Positions 37,717 to 47,063 of a DNA stretch of 50,533 nt are shown in pieces. The translations under genes were made by a program, and so were the position numbers. Within the stretch, counting starts at the first letter, position 1; each line of letters begins with the position of its first letter. This DNA comes from Candidatus Parcubacteria bacterium (GTDB lineage Bacteria; Patescibacteriota; Minisyncoccia; Phycocordibacterales; UBA5272): positions 1 through 50,533 of the forward strand of contig JBDLTQ010000014.1 in NCBI GenBank assembly GCA_039805745.1, read 5' to 3'. The notes under the pieces were generated by a model. That model was not told the DNA's origin. It searched no databases and worked only from the letters and a program-made list of their open reading frames with translations.

Positions 37717-40700
37717 TTAGAAATTAGCAGTGACAACATAGACTAACCCTGTTGTATAATTTTCTGGTTCAGTAAGTGCAGAAATATTCGTAACATACCT
37801 CACTGAAAATGTTGTTGTTGCATTATCACCAACAGAGGCAGAGGCCACCTGACTTGAAGTTGTAGCCGTTCCAGCATACGCGAAACCGCTCGCTGCATAA
37901 GGAGCAGTCACAGTACCAGATCCACCAGAAGATGTCACACGCAAGCCAAACTGTTCTGTGCCGATAGTTGAAACAGTATTTGTACCACCTATTGCATTAA
38001 CAGTATATATACCAGCATTAAGTGTTTGACCTCGTACAGTAAGCATGTAGCCATTTGAAGCATTAGTGAGTACTTGTAGTGTATGAGCCTCGACCTCTGT
38101 ATCACTACCACTGCTATTTGTACTTGACGCATATCTTGCAATCACTGGAGAAGCTTGTCCTAAATAAATAGTAGATGTTGAAAGAATAAGCGTTAGTGAC
38201 TGCGCTGGTGCAGCGTTACTCTCTTCATCCCACTCGAACAAAAAACGATACCGCACAAGTGCATCTCCTTGTGTTTGCTCTTGGTAAAAAGCTAACCCTT
38301 CCCCTTCTTTTATCACAAGCTCATCACCGTAGTACACAGTACTCTCATAATCACCATACACTTGATTCACCGCACCCGGTGTGGTGACACCAAGAAGTCT
38401 AGAACTTGTTGCTCCTGAAAAAGTAGCTGAAAGGCCTGTTGTTCTTACTTCTGCAGTTGAAGTACTTGTACTTGAGTGCTTTTTTGGAATACTTGAGGAT
38501 GCTATGAGAGTACCGCCAGACGCTGTAGTAACACGGCGTATAGCAAGTGGTGTATACACAGGGGCGACACCTGTTCCACTTCGATCAGCACGCACCGCTA
38601 TTTTGCGTACCAGATAATTTTTACCAGAACCTGAAGGATTAAATAATGAAGAATATACATACCCTTGTGTTGTCGCTTGGTTTACTGGACCCGTTGTCAT
38701 AAGATACTCACTTTGAGAACTTGGCGATGAAGACTCTTCATCCCATTCAATGAGCATCTTAACTCTAAAATCAACATCCCCTGCAGAGGTGTCGTGGTAC
38801 AATCCTACCCCTTCCCCTGGCTGAAGCACAATATACTCTCTGTTACTAAACTCAATATCTTTATACCCAGTATTACCAGCAGAGGCTGAGGCAACTGCTC
38901 CTGGTGTCTGAATAGCTAATAATTTAGAATCTGTTGTACCAGAATATGTTGCCGTCACACCGGTGCGACGTATTTCCATAATACTGTTAGACGACCCTGT
39001 GTGTTTTTTTGGAATATTCGCTGCCGTTATTTGTGTACCAGCAGACGCGGAAGCAATACGACGTAATTGCATAGGAATATACACCGCAGTAGTAACAGCA
39101 TCAACACGTAAAGATACTCTTCGTATAATAGCTGTCTTACCAGAACCAACGGGGTTAAAAAATGTTGCATAATTATAGCTTGTCGCAGTACTTCCATTTA
39201 TCGGCCCTATATCTACAATATATTCACCCTGTGAAGATGGTGCTGATGCCTCCTCATCCCATTCCACCATAATCTTTATATAATCATCAACATCAGCTGT
39301 CGCACTATTGTACAGACCGATACCCTCACCTTCTTGAAGAATTATTTTTTCATTTCCTTCAAAAACTATTTCTCGTTGACCTATTGTTTGTCCAACTGCA
39401 CCAGGTGTGTTTACACTAAGAATATTAGAATCTGTTGTTCCTGAATAGGTAGCAGTTATCACCGAAGCACAAGCTGATCCACACCATCTAATCTGCATCG
39501 TACTTGACGCAGAGTCTGTATTCTTCTGTGGAACACTTGATGTGGCAATAAGTGTTCCACCAGACGCTGCGGTTATTCTTCTAAAACTAAAGGAGACATA
39601 GTTCGCGGTTGTGTCTGCATTAATACGTATTACCAACCGTTTTATAACAGCAACTTTTCCAGAACCTGATGGATTAAAAAAAGAATAGTGAGTTGTGTTC
39701 GCAGCTGAAGCAGACTCAACCCTTGATGAAGCCCAGAGGTACCCACCTTCTGCTGTTGGTGTATTAGCAGCTGAGACTTCTTGCCATTCTATAATCATAC
39801 GAACAAGCTGATCTGTATCTCCTGCTGTTTCAGATAACAAGGCTACCCCTTCACCTTGCTGTAAAATAAGTTTTTCATCACCTTCATAAAAATCTAACTG
39901 TTGCCAACCACTAGCCTGACCAGCTGCGCCACATGGAGTAACATTTGCAATACGTGCATCCGCTCCACCTACTACTGTCTCTGTTGGATTTGTATGACGG
40001 AATTCCATAACACTATCTGCAGAACTGGTATTTTTTTTAGGGATATTTGTCGATGTCACTTGTGTACCACCAGTTGACGCAGAGATACGTTGAAGTACAA
40101 GATTATTGGTATATACCGCCGCCGCATCACAAGTCTCTGAGCCAAACCAGATACGTTTTACTATTGCTGTCTTACCAGAAGAGCTCGGATTAAAAAAAGA
40201 ATTATACGTATACCCTATGGCTGCGTTAGCTTCCACTCGGGGGAAAGAGTAAAGAAATTCATCTTGAGATGCTGGTGCATTAACCGTCTCATCCCACTCA
40301 ATAAGAACAAGTACTTTTGAGTTTGTGGTTCCAGCAGCTTCCTGATACACAGCAACACCTTCTCCTGGCTGAATAACCAGCTTCTCATCATTTTGACCAA
40401 AGGTTATATCTCGTCCACTTTGATATGCTCCAACAGCACCAGATAATGGCTGTCCTATAATACGAGAATCAGTAGTCCCAGATAAGGTAACGGATGGTCC
40501 AGCTTGACGAATTTCTACAACAGAATCACTCGAGGCAGTATTTTTCTTTGGATAATTAGTAGCTGTTATCTGAGCACCTCCTGATGAGGTAGAGATTCTA
40601 CGCATTGTGAGATTCACGTAATTAGAAGCAGATGACGTAGTATTAGAACGTATAGCGATGCGTTTAATGGAAGCCGTCCTGCCAGAGCCTGATGGATTCA

Positions 40701-40992
40701 TAAAAGAAGCATAGACATAATTAGCAGATGCAGACCCATCAACAGGACCAATATCGACAACATATTCTCTTTCTCCTGAATTGACCGCCGCATGTACTGT
40801 CGTTCCCTTAAAATAGACATCAACCACATTTGGATTTTTTGAAGCAAGATACATCATATCTACAACCTTACCCCTCGGATGAATAACTTCCTGATAGACA
40901 ACGTACGATAAAGTCGCTGGATCAACTCCAGAAAAAAGCATCGAAATGATGTACACCCCCGCCAGTGTTTTTTTAATAAGGTCTCGCAACAT
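37717..40992 (-). CDS. 1091-aa exported protein: five tandem ~170-aa modules plus the shared WxL-like C-terminal domain
   Basis: N-terminal anchor/signal AGVYIISMLFSG. Repeats at aa 76-244, 245-416, 417-589, 590-761 and 762-932. C-terminal aa 933-1091 is about half identical (by eye) to the paralog C-termini; ends YVVTANF. Confidence 0.9.
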   Translation of the reverse strand: MLRDLIKKTLAGVYIISMLFSGVDPATLSYVVYQEVIHPRGKVVDMMYLASKNPNVVDVYFKGTTVHAAVNSGEREYVVDIGPVDGSASANYVYASFMNPSGSGRTASIKRIAIRSNTTSSASNYVNLTMRRISTSSGGAQITATNYPKKNTASSDSVVEIRQAGPSVTLSGTTDSRIIGQPLSGAVGAYQSGRDITFGQNDEKLVIQPGEGVAVYQEAAGTTNSKVLVLIEWDETVNAPASQDEFLYSFPRVEANAAIGYTYNSFFNPSSSGKTAIVKRIWFGSETCDAAAVYTNNLVLQRISASTGGTQVTSTNIPKKNTSSADSVMEFRHTNPTETVVGGADARIANVTPCGAAGQASGWQQLDFYEGDEKLILQQGEGVALLSETAGDTDQLVRMIIEWQEVSAANTPTAEGGYLWASSRVESASAANTTHYSFFNPSGSGKVAVIKRLVIRINADTTANYVSFSFRRITAASGGTLIATSSVPQKNTDSASSTMQIRWCGSACASVITATYSGTTDSNILSVNTPGAVGQTIGQREIVFEGNEKIILQEGEGIGLYNSATADVDDYIKIMVEWDEEASAPSSQGEYIVDIGPINGSTATSYNYATFFNPVGSGKTAIIRRVSLRVDAVTTAVYIPMQLRRIASASAGTQITAANIPKKHTGSSNSIMEIRRTGVTATYSGTTDSKLLAIQTPGAVASASAGNTGYKDIEFSNREYIVLQPGEGVGLYHDTSAGDVDFRVKMLIEWDEESSSPSSQSEYLMTTGPVNQATTQGYVYSSLFNPSGSGKNYLVRKIAVRADRSGTGVAPVYTPLAIRRVTTASGGTLIASSSIPKKHSSTSTSTAEVRTTGLSATFSGATSSRLLGVTTPGAVNQVYGDYESTVYYGDELVIKEGEGLAFYQEQTQGDALVRYRFLFEWDEESNAAPAQSLTLILSTSTIYLGQASPVIARYASSTNSSGSDTEVEAHTLQVLTNASNGYMLTVRGQTLNAGIYTVNAIGGTNTVSTIGTEQFGLRVTSSGGSGTVTAPYAASGFAYAGTATTSSQVASASVGDNATTTFSVRYVTNISALTEPENYTTGLVYVVTANF
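38197..40767 (-). repeat. Five in-frame tandem coding repeats of about 510 nt (169-173 aa)
   Basis: Each unit carries Y-x-Y-x-[ST]-F-[FM]-N-P-[SV]-G-S-G-[KR], [IV]-[KR]-R-[IV], L-x-R-I, S-G-G-[TA], [IY]-P-[KQ]-K-[NH]-T, G-T-T-D-S, P-G-A-V, E-K-[LI]-[IV]-L-Q-x-G-E-G, and [IVF]-E-W-[DQ]-E. The DNA copies are diverged. Confidence 0.9.
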
Positions 40993-41968
40993 AGTGATAT
41001 ACTTCTTCGCCTATTACCTTAAACAACTGTTCTATTTCTTTTCGCTTAAACTCATCACCATTTTTTTGTTGTATCATAACAGTGAGAATGTACGGTCTTC
41101 CAGACACATACACAATACCAGAATCTGCCATCACTTTTTCATCTAAACGAATACCTGTTTTATGAACAAAAGGTACGTCAGATGGTATTCCTGTACTAAG
41201 AAGATCATTAGGCGCTTGTTCAAGTATATCCATAAAAAGTTCTGAATGTTTTTGGTCTAAAAATGTCGCATTATACAGTGATCGAAAAAAAATAGAGTAT
41301 CGCTTCGCGGTAATACGATTATCAACCTCTTTGTCTTTTTTATTTCTTTTGAGGGCCTCGATAACATCATCCATACCAAGGTGCACATACACATCTTCAA
41401 GCTCTGCGTTTTCGAGATTGCGAAGCAGTATAAAGTGTGCCGTGTTATCAGAATTAATAAGGGATTCTTTAAGCAGGTTCTCAATAGCTATTGTTGTTCC
41501 ATTTGGTTTTTTGTATAACTCACCATAATCACTATCTTTATCCTCTTCCAAAATAACAAGCTCGTTAGAAAGTTTCCAATCTCCCTCTTGCACTTTCTTC
41601 ATTGCTGTCATAGCAACAGGAATTTTAATAAGACTTGCAGGCCACATTCGCTCATCTTTATTGATCGCAATACTTGCTCCAGTTGGAAGATACTCAAAAT
41701 AAATAGAAATGAGAAAATCATCACGATGCTCATATGTGGTTGTGAGCTTTTCTCGAAGCGTTTGAAAATCAACAATAAGATTCCTTTTATCAAGGATACG
41801 AAGTGCTGGATTAAGATAACGATTATCAACACCCATAGAAGACTCATTAGAATGAAGTGTGATATACAGCACAAAAATAACAAACATACTAATAACGCTT
41901 ATAAGTGCAACCTTATATCGATTGATTATTTTTTTACTATCTGGTGTTGTAGTGGTACGATACTGCAT
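40973..41968 (-). CDS. Membrane-anchored class-A beta-lactamase-fold serine hydrolase
   Basis: N-terminal TM VALISVISMFVIFVLYITL. SxxK (ASLIK), SDN (INSDNTAH), KTG (HKTGIR). The stop overlaps the start of the 1091-aa gene by 20 nt. Confidence 0.75.
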   Translation of the reverse strand: MQYRTTTTPDSKKIINRYKVALISVISMFVIFVLYITLHSNESSMGVDNRYLNPALRILDKRNLIVDFQTLREKLTTTYEHRDDFLISIYFEYLPTGASIAINKDERMWPASLIKIPVAMTAMKKVQEGDWKLSNELVILEEDKDSDYGELYKKPNGTTIAIENLLKESLINSDNTAHFILLRNLENAELEDVYVHLGMDDVIEALKRNKKDKEVDNRITAKRYSIFFRSLYNATFLDQKHSELFMDILEQAPNDLLSTGIPSDVPFVHKTGIRLDEKVMADSGIVYVSGRPYILTVMIQQKNGDEFKRKEIEQLFKVIGEEVYHYVARPY

Positions 41969-41970
41969 AG

Positions 41971-44541
41971 TTATTCAACAATGGACACAGAGCTCTCTTC
42001 AGAAGAACCTTCTGTTGTCTCTTTTTTTTCTTCGACAGGAAGATTCAGATTACTAATAGCATCTTCGTCGAGAACTTTATCAAGTTCAAGTTTTTTTCGA
42101 AGCGCTTCAGCAACTAACACATCATCATCAGAAAAAACCTCACCTGTTTCCCTGCTATAAAACACAAACCCACCAGAAGAAATAATAACCTCAAAAGGTA
42201 CACCTTCGAAGGATACATGTCCACGCTCTCCATGTGACACATCAAACGGTTGTAGAGCTTGCTCTAGTATACTATTTGTAGTGAGATTATATGCATACAC
42301 GATACTCCTATCATTAGACAACCAAAAGACATGTCCAGCTTTAACCCCAATAGGATAGTCCCCCGCAAAAGAAGTACTTGAACCTGTGTCAATTTTTTGT
42401 TGAGTTCCTTTTTCTACATCATATAACCACAACTCCTCTCGAGACTCTTTTTCCACCTGAACAATAATTGCATTCAAAAATGTCCCTTTTATCTTCTTAA
42501 TAATATCAAGAGCAAAGTCAGGAACTCTCTCCTCTTTCTCTTGTATATCTAAAGCTTCTTTATCTTTTTTGGTTATCTCTTCAATGAGAGACTGCGTTGC
42601 TATTGTTTTTTCTACCACACCGTTATATTTAAGCCATTTATTTTTTGGCATCACTGGTTGTATAGGGGTTGTGGTACTGTTATTTTTTTGTATAACAGTT
42701 GAGGTTGATACCTGTAGTGGTGTCGTAGTCCCCATTTCTGAAGATGTTGCTTGTGAGGTCGTTGAAGTAGGAAGTAAAATCAAAGCATCTGTACTGCTTG
42801 CTGTGTGAAGAAGTGAGGAACTCGCCTCTACTAAAGAAGTAGTAACAGTACTTGTAGCCTCCTGTTCGAGATACATATACCAGATTTCTTCTTTGTTGGT
42901 TTCATTGTTAATAATAGTCACAACACGCACACCATTAAGCACTTCATCATTAAGTATGGTATCACGCGTAAAATCTGGATGGGTATACACAAGAGCACCC
43001 TCATAGAGAACTTCTACTTTTACTGCGTCAAGATAGACAGTTGGTGTCTCATCAATTGATTTTTTTGAAACAATTTTTATCTGAAGCTGACTCATATCTT
43101 TCCATGTAGTTGAAGCGGTAACAGGTATCTCAAATGTACGGTACTTCATAGAAATTTCATTAAGCTCACCAAGAGATGTCCATAAAACACCATCAAATGT
43201 ATAGATAATCTCAAGAAAATTATTTTGTGTATCATTTGCTTCTGTTACAACCTCTTGAGGTGTAGAGGCAGTCTGTTCAAGAGACGTGGCGGCAATGGTA
43301 GAAGTCGACGGCGCTACATCAGTTGATGTTGCGGTAGATGTCGATACAATACTAGTGAGGTTCTCATTAGTTGAGGAAGCTGTAGAGCTCTCACTCGCTG
43401 CTGTGTCTTGAGAAAGAGAGGTCTGACTAGACTGTTCGTTATCGATAGAATTAGGGAGAGATTGTTCATTACTTTCTGTTGTTGTACTCATTGTGGCAGT
43501 ACTCTCTGTAGAATGAGTAGTGTCCACGATACTATCACCCTCTTCTGCAAACACTGTTGGTGCCACAAAAGAAGAAATATTAAACAACAAAGACTCAAGT
43601 AGTGATGTTGGTTCTGGTTGTGTTTCTGTCTCTTTCGGAGAAGATTGATCTACAGAAGGTGTCTGTGTTTCAGGTGAGGATGTCTCTCCTACTTGAGACT
43701 CTTCTTTCTGAGGAATCGGAGCAATCACTGTATCTGTTTCTGTAGGAAGAGTACTAGTATTCTCAAAAAGATCAGCTACAACATCTTTAACTGAGTCAAA
43801 AAGAGTACCGAAAAAAGTTTGTGAACCGTCATGAGAAGAACTTGTCGCTATCTCACTTGTAGAAGAAGTAACTACTTCAGTACTCGCTGTTGCTGGCGCA
43901 CCTAACACAGTAGAGGAACTCTCTTCCGAAGAAGTACTAGAAGTAGCTGTCAAAGAAGCCCCATCTAAAGAAGAAGATGCCTGCAAAAGAGTGAACGATA
44001 CTTCTGTTGTAGAAGCGGTATCAAGAATAGCTTGTGAAGACGATGCAAACGTCTCTCCATGAATCATCTCTTCAAGAACAAGTTCATCGCCTTTTGTCAT
44101 AGCAAATGAGACGAGTATCTTTACGGGTGTTGTTGTATCATCAAATGTTCCAGAAAAGTTTCCACAGTAGATTTCAGCCTGAGTATTCTTTGGAAGCACC
44201 GCGGAATTACTTGATGTAAATAACGTAACATCACCATTAGATGCAGTTTGTGGCTCGCCTTCTGCATTACGAGGATTCACCCATCCACCCAAACATGTAT
44301 CAGGGTGAAATATTACACTATCAGCTTTTCCTTTTGGAGAAATAAAATTACCGAGCACGAGCAACAACACCAAGGTTGAAAGCGTCATCATGAGACGTTT
44401 CTTTTGAAGTGTCTTATCAACTTGTTTTGAATATTCAAAAACCAAGCCCTCCAAAGACTTCGTTACATTATCCACATGTGACGTTACTTCTGGAAACTTC
44501 TTCGAAATAATACGTGGTCGTTTAAGATGGAATTTGCCCAT
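41971..44541 (-). CDS. 856-aa signal-anchored Ser/Thr-rich surface protein, unknown function
   Basis: TM LMMTLSTLVLLLVLGNFI, long S/T/E-rich low-complexity tracts, structured middle and C-terminal segments. Ends 2 nt before the next gene. Confidence 0.8.
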   Translation of the reverse strand: MGKFHLKRPRIISKKFPEVTSHVDNVTKSLEGLVFEYSKQVDKTLQKKRLMMTLSTLVLLLVLGNFISPKGKADSVIFHPDTCLGGWVNPRNAEGEPQTASNGDVTLFTSSNSAVLPKNTQAEIYCGNFSGTFDDTTTPVKILVSFAMTKGDELVLEEMIHGETFASSSQAILDTASTTEVSFTLLQASSSLDGASLTATSSTSSEESSSTVLGAPATASTEVVTSSTSEIATSSSHDGSQTFFGTLFDSVKDVVADLFENTSTLPTETDTVIAPIPQKEESQVGETSSPETQTPSVDQSSPKETETQPEPTSLLESLLFNISSFVAPTVFAEEGDSIVDTTHSTESTATMSTTTESNEQSLPNSIDNEQSSQTSLSQDTAASESSTASSTNENLTSIVSTSTATSTDVAPSTSTIAATSLEQTASTPQEVVTEANDTQNNFLEIIYTFDGVLWTSLGELNEISMKYRTFEIPVTASTTWKDMSQLQIKIVSKKSIDETPTVYLDAVKVEVLYEGALVYTHPDFTRDTILNDEVLNGVRVVTIINNETNKEEIWYMYLEQEATSTVTTSLVEASSSLLHTASSTDALILLPTSTTSQATSSEMGTTTPLQVSTSTVIQKNNSTTTPIQPVMPKNKWLKYNGVVEKTIATQSLIEEITKKDKEALDIQEKEERVPDFALDIIKKIKGTFLNAIIVQVEKESREELWLYDVEKGTQQKIDTGSSTSFAGDYPIGVKAGHVFWLSNDRSIVYAYNLTTNSILEQALQPFDVSHGERGHVSFEGVPFEVIISSGGFVFYSRETGEVFSDDDVLVAEALRKKLELDKVLDEDAISNLNLPVEEKKETTEGSSEESSVSIVE

Positions 44542-44622
44542 AGTATGGTACTAGTATAGCAACGAAAAGCTTTATACTTTCGTGAGCAATCCACATATTT
44601 CACAAAAAAGATATGGTAGTAG

Positions 44623-45069
44623 TTATTCAAGAATAAGTGGGCGGACCGGTCGTAGTATTGCAAGCGGATCTGTCTTCCATTCTTCAGAGACGTCAGCGTA
44701 CAACTCGAGCTCGTTACCATCTGGATCAAGAATATAAAGACTATGAGTGATAGTATGATCCGCAGAACCAAGAATGCTGACACCTTTTTGCTTCAACTCA
44801 TGCCACACAGAAACAATAGCGTCATGTCCATCACCAACCTTAAAGCCAATATGATATAAACCAGGTTTTGGTCGAAACGCACTTTGACGCTCCACTTCAC
44901 CGCCAACCTCAATAAGCAAAAGCTCATGATGTGTCCTACTTCCACCAAATAATGCTATGCCTTGATCTCTGTGTATCTCATTATAGCCAAGTATATCCCG
45001 ATAAAAATGAGCAGAGGAAGTAATATCTCTCACATACAAAACAACATGACCTAATTCTTGTATTTTCAT
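44623..45069 (-). CDS. VOC-family (glyoxalase/bleomycin-resistance/dioxygenase) protein
   Basis: MKIQELGHVVLYVRDITSSAHFYRDILGY and HIGFKV, LYILDPDGNELELY paired beta-alpha-beta-beta-beta modules. Confidence 0.85.
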   Translation of the reverse strand: MKIQELGHVVLYVRDITSSAHFYRDILGYNEIHRDQGIALFGGSRTHHELLLIEVGGEVERQSAFRPKPGLYHIGFKVGDGHDAIVSVWHELKQKGVSILGSADHTITHSLYILDPDGNELELYADVSEEWKTDPLAILRPVRPLILE

Positions 45070-45163
45070 AGTAGTATATACATCTACTATACAACATCCT
45101 ACATAACAATAACAACCTTCTTACAAAACTTGCAACTACCTTACAATGCTTTAGAATGATCGT

Positions 45164-46009
45164 ATGACTATATTCTCTAGAAAAAAGAGACTACTTAGCA
45201 TGTTACTACTTAGTGGTGTTGTTCTTTTTGTAATAACTTCAAAACCAACGGGTGAATATATCCCACAATCTCTCTCAAAAAGCATCACTAAAATACCCCC
45301 TGTTCAACCTTTACAGCAAGAAAATAAAACACCATCACAGGCGCGCACCTACATAGAAGTAACTGATAGCTGTAGCCCATACCATGAAGGTGTATGTGTC
45401 AACGTACGCAGTGGACCAAGCACCACACACCCAGTCATCACCACCTTGCGAAATGGTGTTGTATTACAAGTAGACTATTCTGTTATGACAGATGACGGAC
45501 TTTGGTACAAAATTATTTTTGATGAATGGCTACGATATCCAGAACGTGTCTCTACAGAATGGTACATATCATCACGCTACGTGACAGCATTCACCGAGGT
45601 AAAAGAAGAGGCTACAGAAAGTAGCGCATCGACAACAAAACATATTGTGATTGATAGAAGTGAGCAAATGCTCTATGCGTATACAGATACCACACTCTTC
45701 ATGAAAGAATCAATCTCAACCGGCATTGAAATCACACCAACTCCACGAGGACACTTTACTATCTACAAAAAAATACCTACTAGATACATGCAAGGCCCGC
45801 TTCCTGAAATAAGTGACAAGTACTATGATCTTCCTGGTGTTCCGTGGAATCTCTACTTTACAGAACAAGGAGCTGTCATACATGGAGCATATTGGCATGA
45901 TAAGTTTGGAAAAAAATGGTCTAATGGTTGTGTGAATATGAGGCCAGAAAAAGCACGTGAACTCTATCAATGGGCTAGTGTTGGAGTGATGGTTATTGTA
46001 CAAGATTAA
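45164..46009 (+). CDS. L,D-transpeptidase (YkuD) with SH3b-like domain
   Basis: Signal anchor. SH3b-like VNVRSGPSTTHPVITTLRNGVVLQV. Catalytic HGAYWHDKFGKKWSNGCVNM (H...S-x-G-C). Confidence 0.88.
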   Translation: MTIFSRKKRLLSMLLLSGVVLFVITSKPTGEYIPQSLSKSITKIPPVQPLQQENKTPSQARTYIEVTDSCSPYHEGVCVNVRSGPSTTHPVITTLRNGVVLQVDYSVMTDDGLWYKIIFDEWLRYPERVSTEWYISSRYVTAFTEVKEEATESSASTTKHIVIDRSEQMLYAYTDTTLFMKESISTGIEITPTPRGHFTIYKKIPTRYMQGPLPEISDKYYDLPGVPWNLYFTEQGAVIHGAYWHDKFGKKWSNGCVNMRPEKARELYQWASVGVMVIVQD

Positions 46010-46074
46010 CAGTATACAAATACATATGGAGACACAACACTATTATCTGTAGCTCCTTTTCTTATCATACAAAA

Positions 46075-46097
46075 CACTCACCGTACTATGGTGAGTG
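46075..46097. terminator. Stem-loop between convergent genes; T-run on the minus strand
   Basis: cactcacc (46075-82), gtactat, ggtgagtg (46090-97). The minus strand continues ttttgtatg. Confidence 0.6.
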
Positions 46098-46132
46098 TGA
46101 TTGGTCTTTACTGTAAATGCCTATTTAAGCAA

Positions 46133-46930
46133 TTATTTAGTAAATCTAAATGTTTTTACAATAGTTTCCCCTGTTGCGTAATACCCAAGAAGTGTTGACT
46201 CTGCGACACCTGTCTTCATCAAATCATCACGATATGTTGTCCCTGAGCGTATCTGCTCGATTGCATAACATTTATTATTACGAATAGTTCTATAACTTTC
46301 CGCCTGAGTGTATCGAGGGGTATTACTCTCCATTGTTGAAAACTTTTTAAATGCAATACCGTTAATAGTGACATTTGAAATCTTTTGATTCGGGAATGGC
46401 GCATCCGGTGTATAACATTCAGCAGTATTGAGACTCACACCAACACGAACCTCTGCAGTAAAATAAAGAGGGTATGTTTGTTTTCCTGTAGAATATACCC
46501 CTTGATCAATACTATAGATAGAGAAAGAAACGACTGACTTCCCTTGATTGGCAGAACTTGGATATAATCTCCAGTTATTTCCTATTTCATGAAAAGTTGA
46601 AAAAATACTCCGAACTTTAACATATGTAGGATACTTAATACTAAAACCATGTTCTGCACTGGCGTATGTATTAAAACCAGAAGTGTTACCACTAGAAAGA
46701 TTTGTACTTGTGGTCACTGGTTTTGTTTTCTGAGTAACTGATGACGAACTAGTACTTTGTGTTGTCGTCACTGTTTTACCCTCGTCTACTGTAGTAGTGG
46801 CAGTTTCATCTTCAGAAAGAAGAACTTCATCTTGCACACTACTCGACTGCTTTCCCAAATAAAAAGAACCGAAACTAAGAATAATAATCCCAAGAATAAC
46901 AACACCAATAACTGTTCTGTTTACTTTCAT
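46133..46930 (-). CDS. Signal-anchored hypothetical protein
   Basis: TM VIGVVILGIIILSFGSFYL, S/T-rich linker, then a globular about 170-aa domain. No motif I recognise. Confidence 0.7.
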   Translation of the reverse strand: MKVNRTVIGVVILGIIILSFGSFYLGKQSSSVQDEVLLSEDETATTTVDEGKTVTTTQSTSSSSVTQKTKPVTTSTNLSSGNTSGFNTYASAEHGFSIKYPTYVKVRSIFSTFHEIGNNWRLYPSSANQGKSVVSFSIYSIDQGVYSTGKQTYPLYFTAEVRVGVSLNTAECYTPDAPFPNQKISNVTINGIAFKKFSTMESNTPRYTQAESYRTIRNNKCYAIEQIRSGTTYRDDLMKTGVAESTLLGYYATGETIVKTFRFTK

Positions 46931-47063
46931 ATGTATATAAGTGTACTCCTAAATAAGAAGATATGCCATAGGTCATACTAGATTACTCGTGGTAATATAT
47001 TTGACATGTACATAAAAAATATGTAGTGTTTATTATAGAGTTTTTTCTTGTAAGGAGAACATC

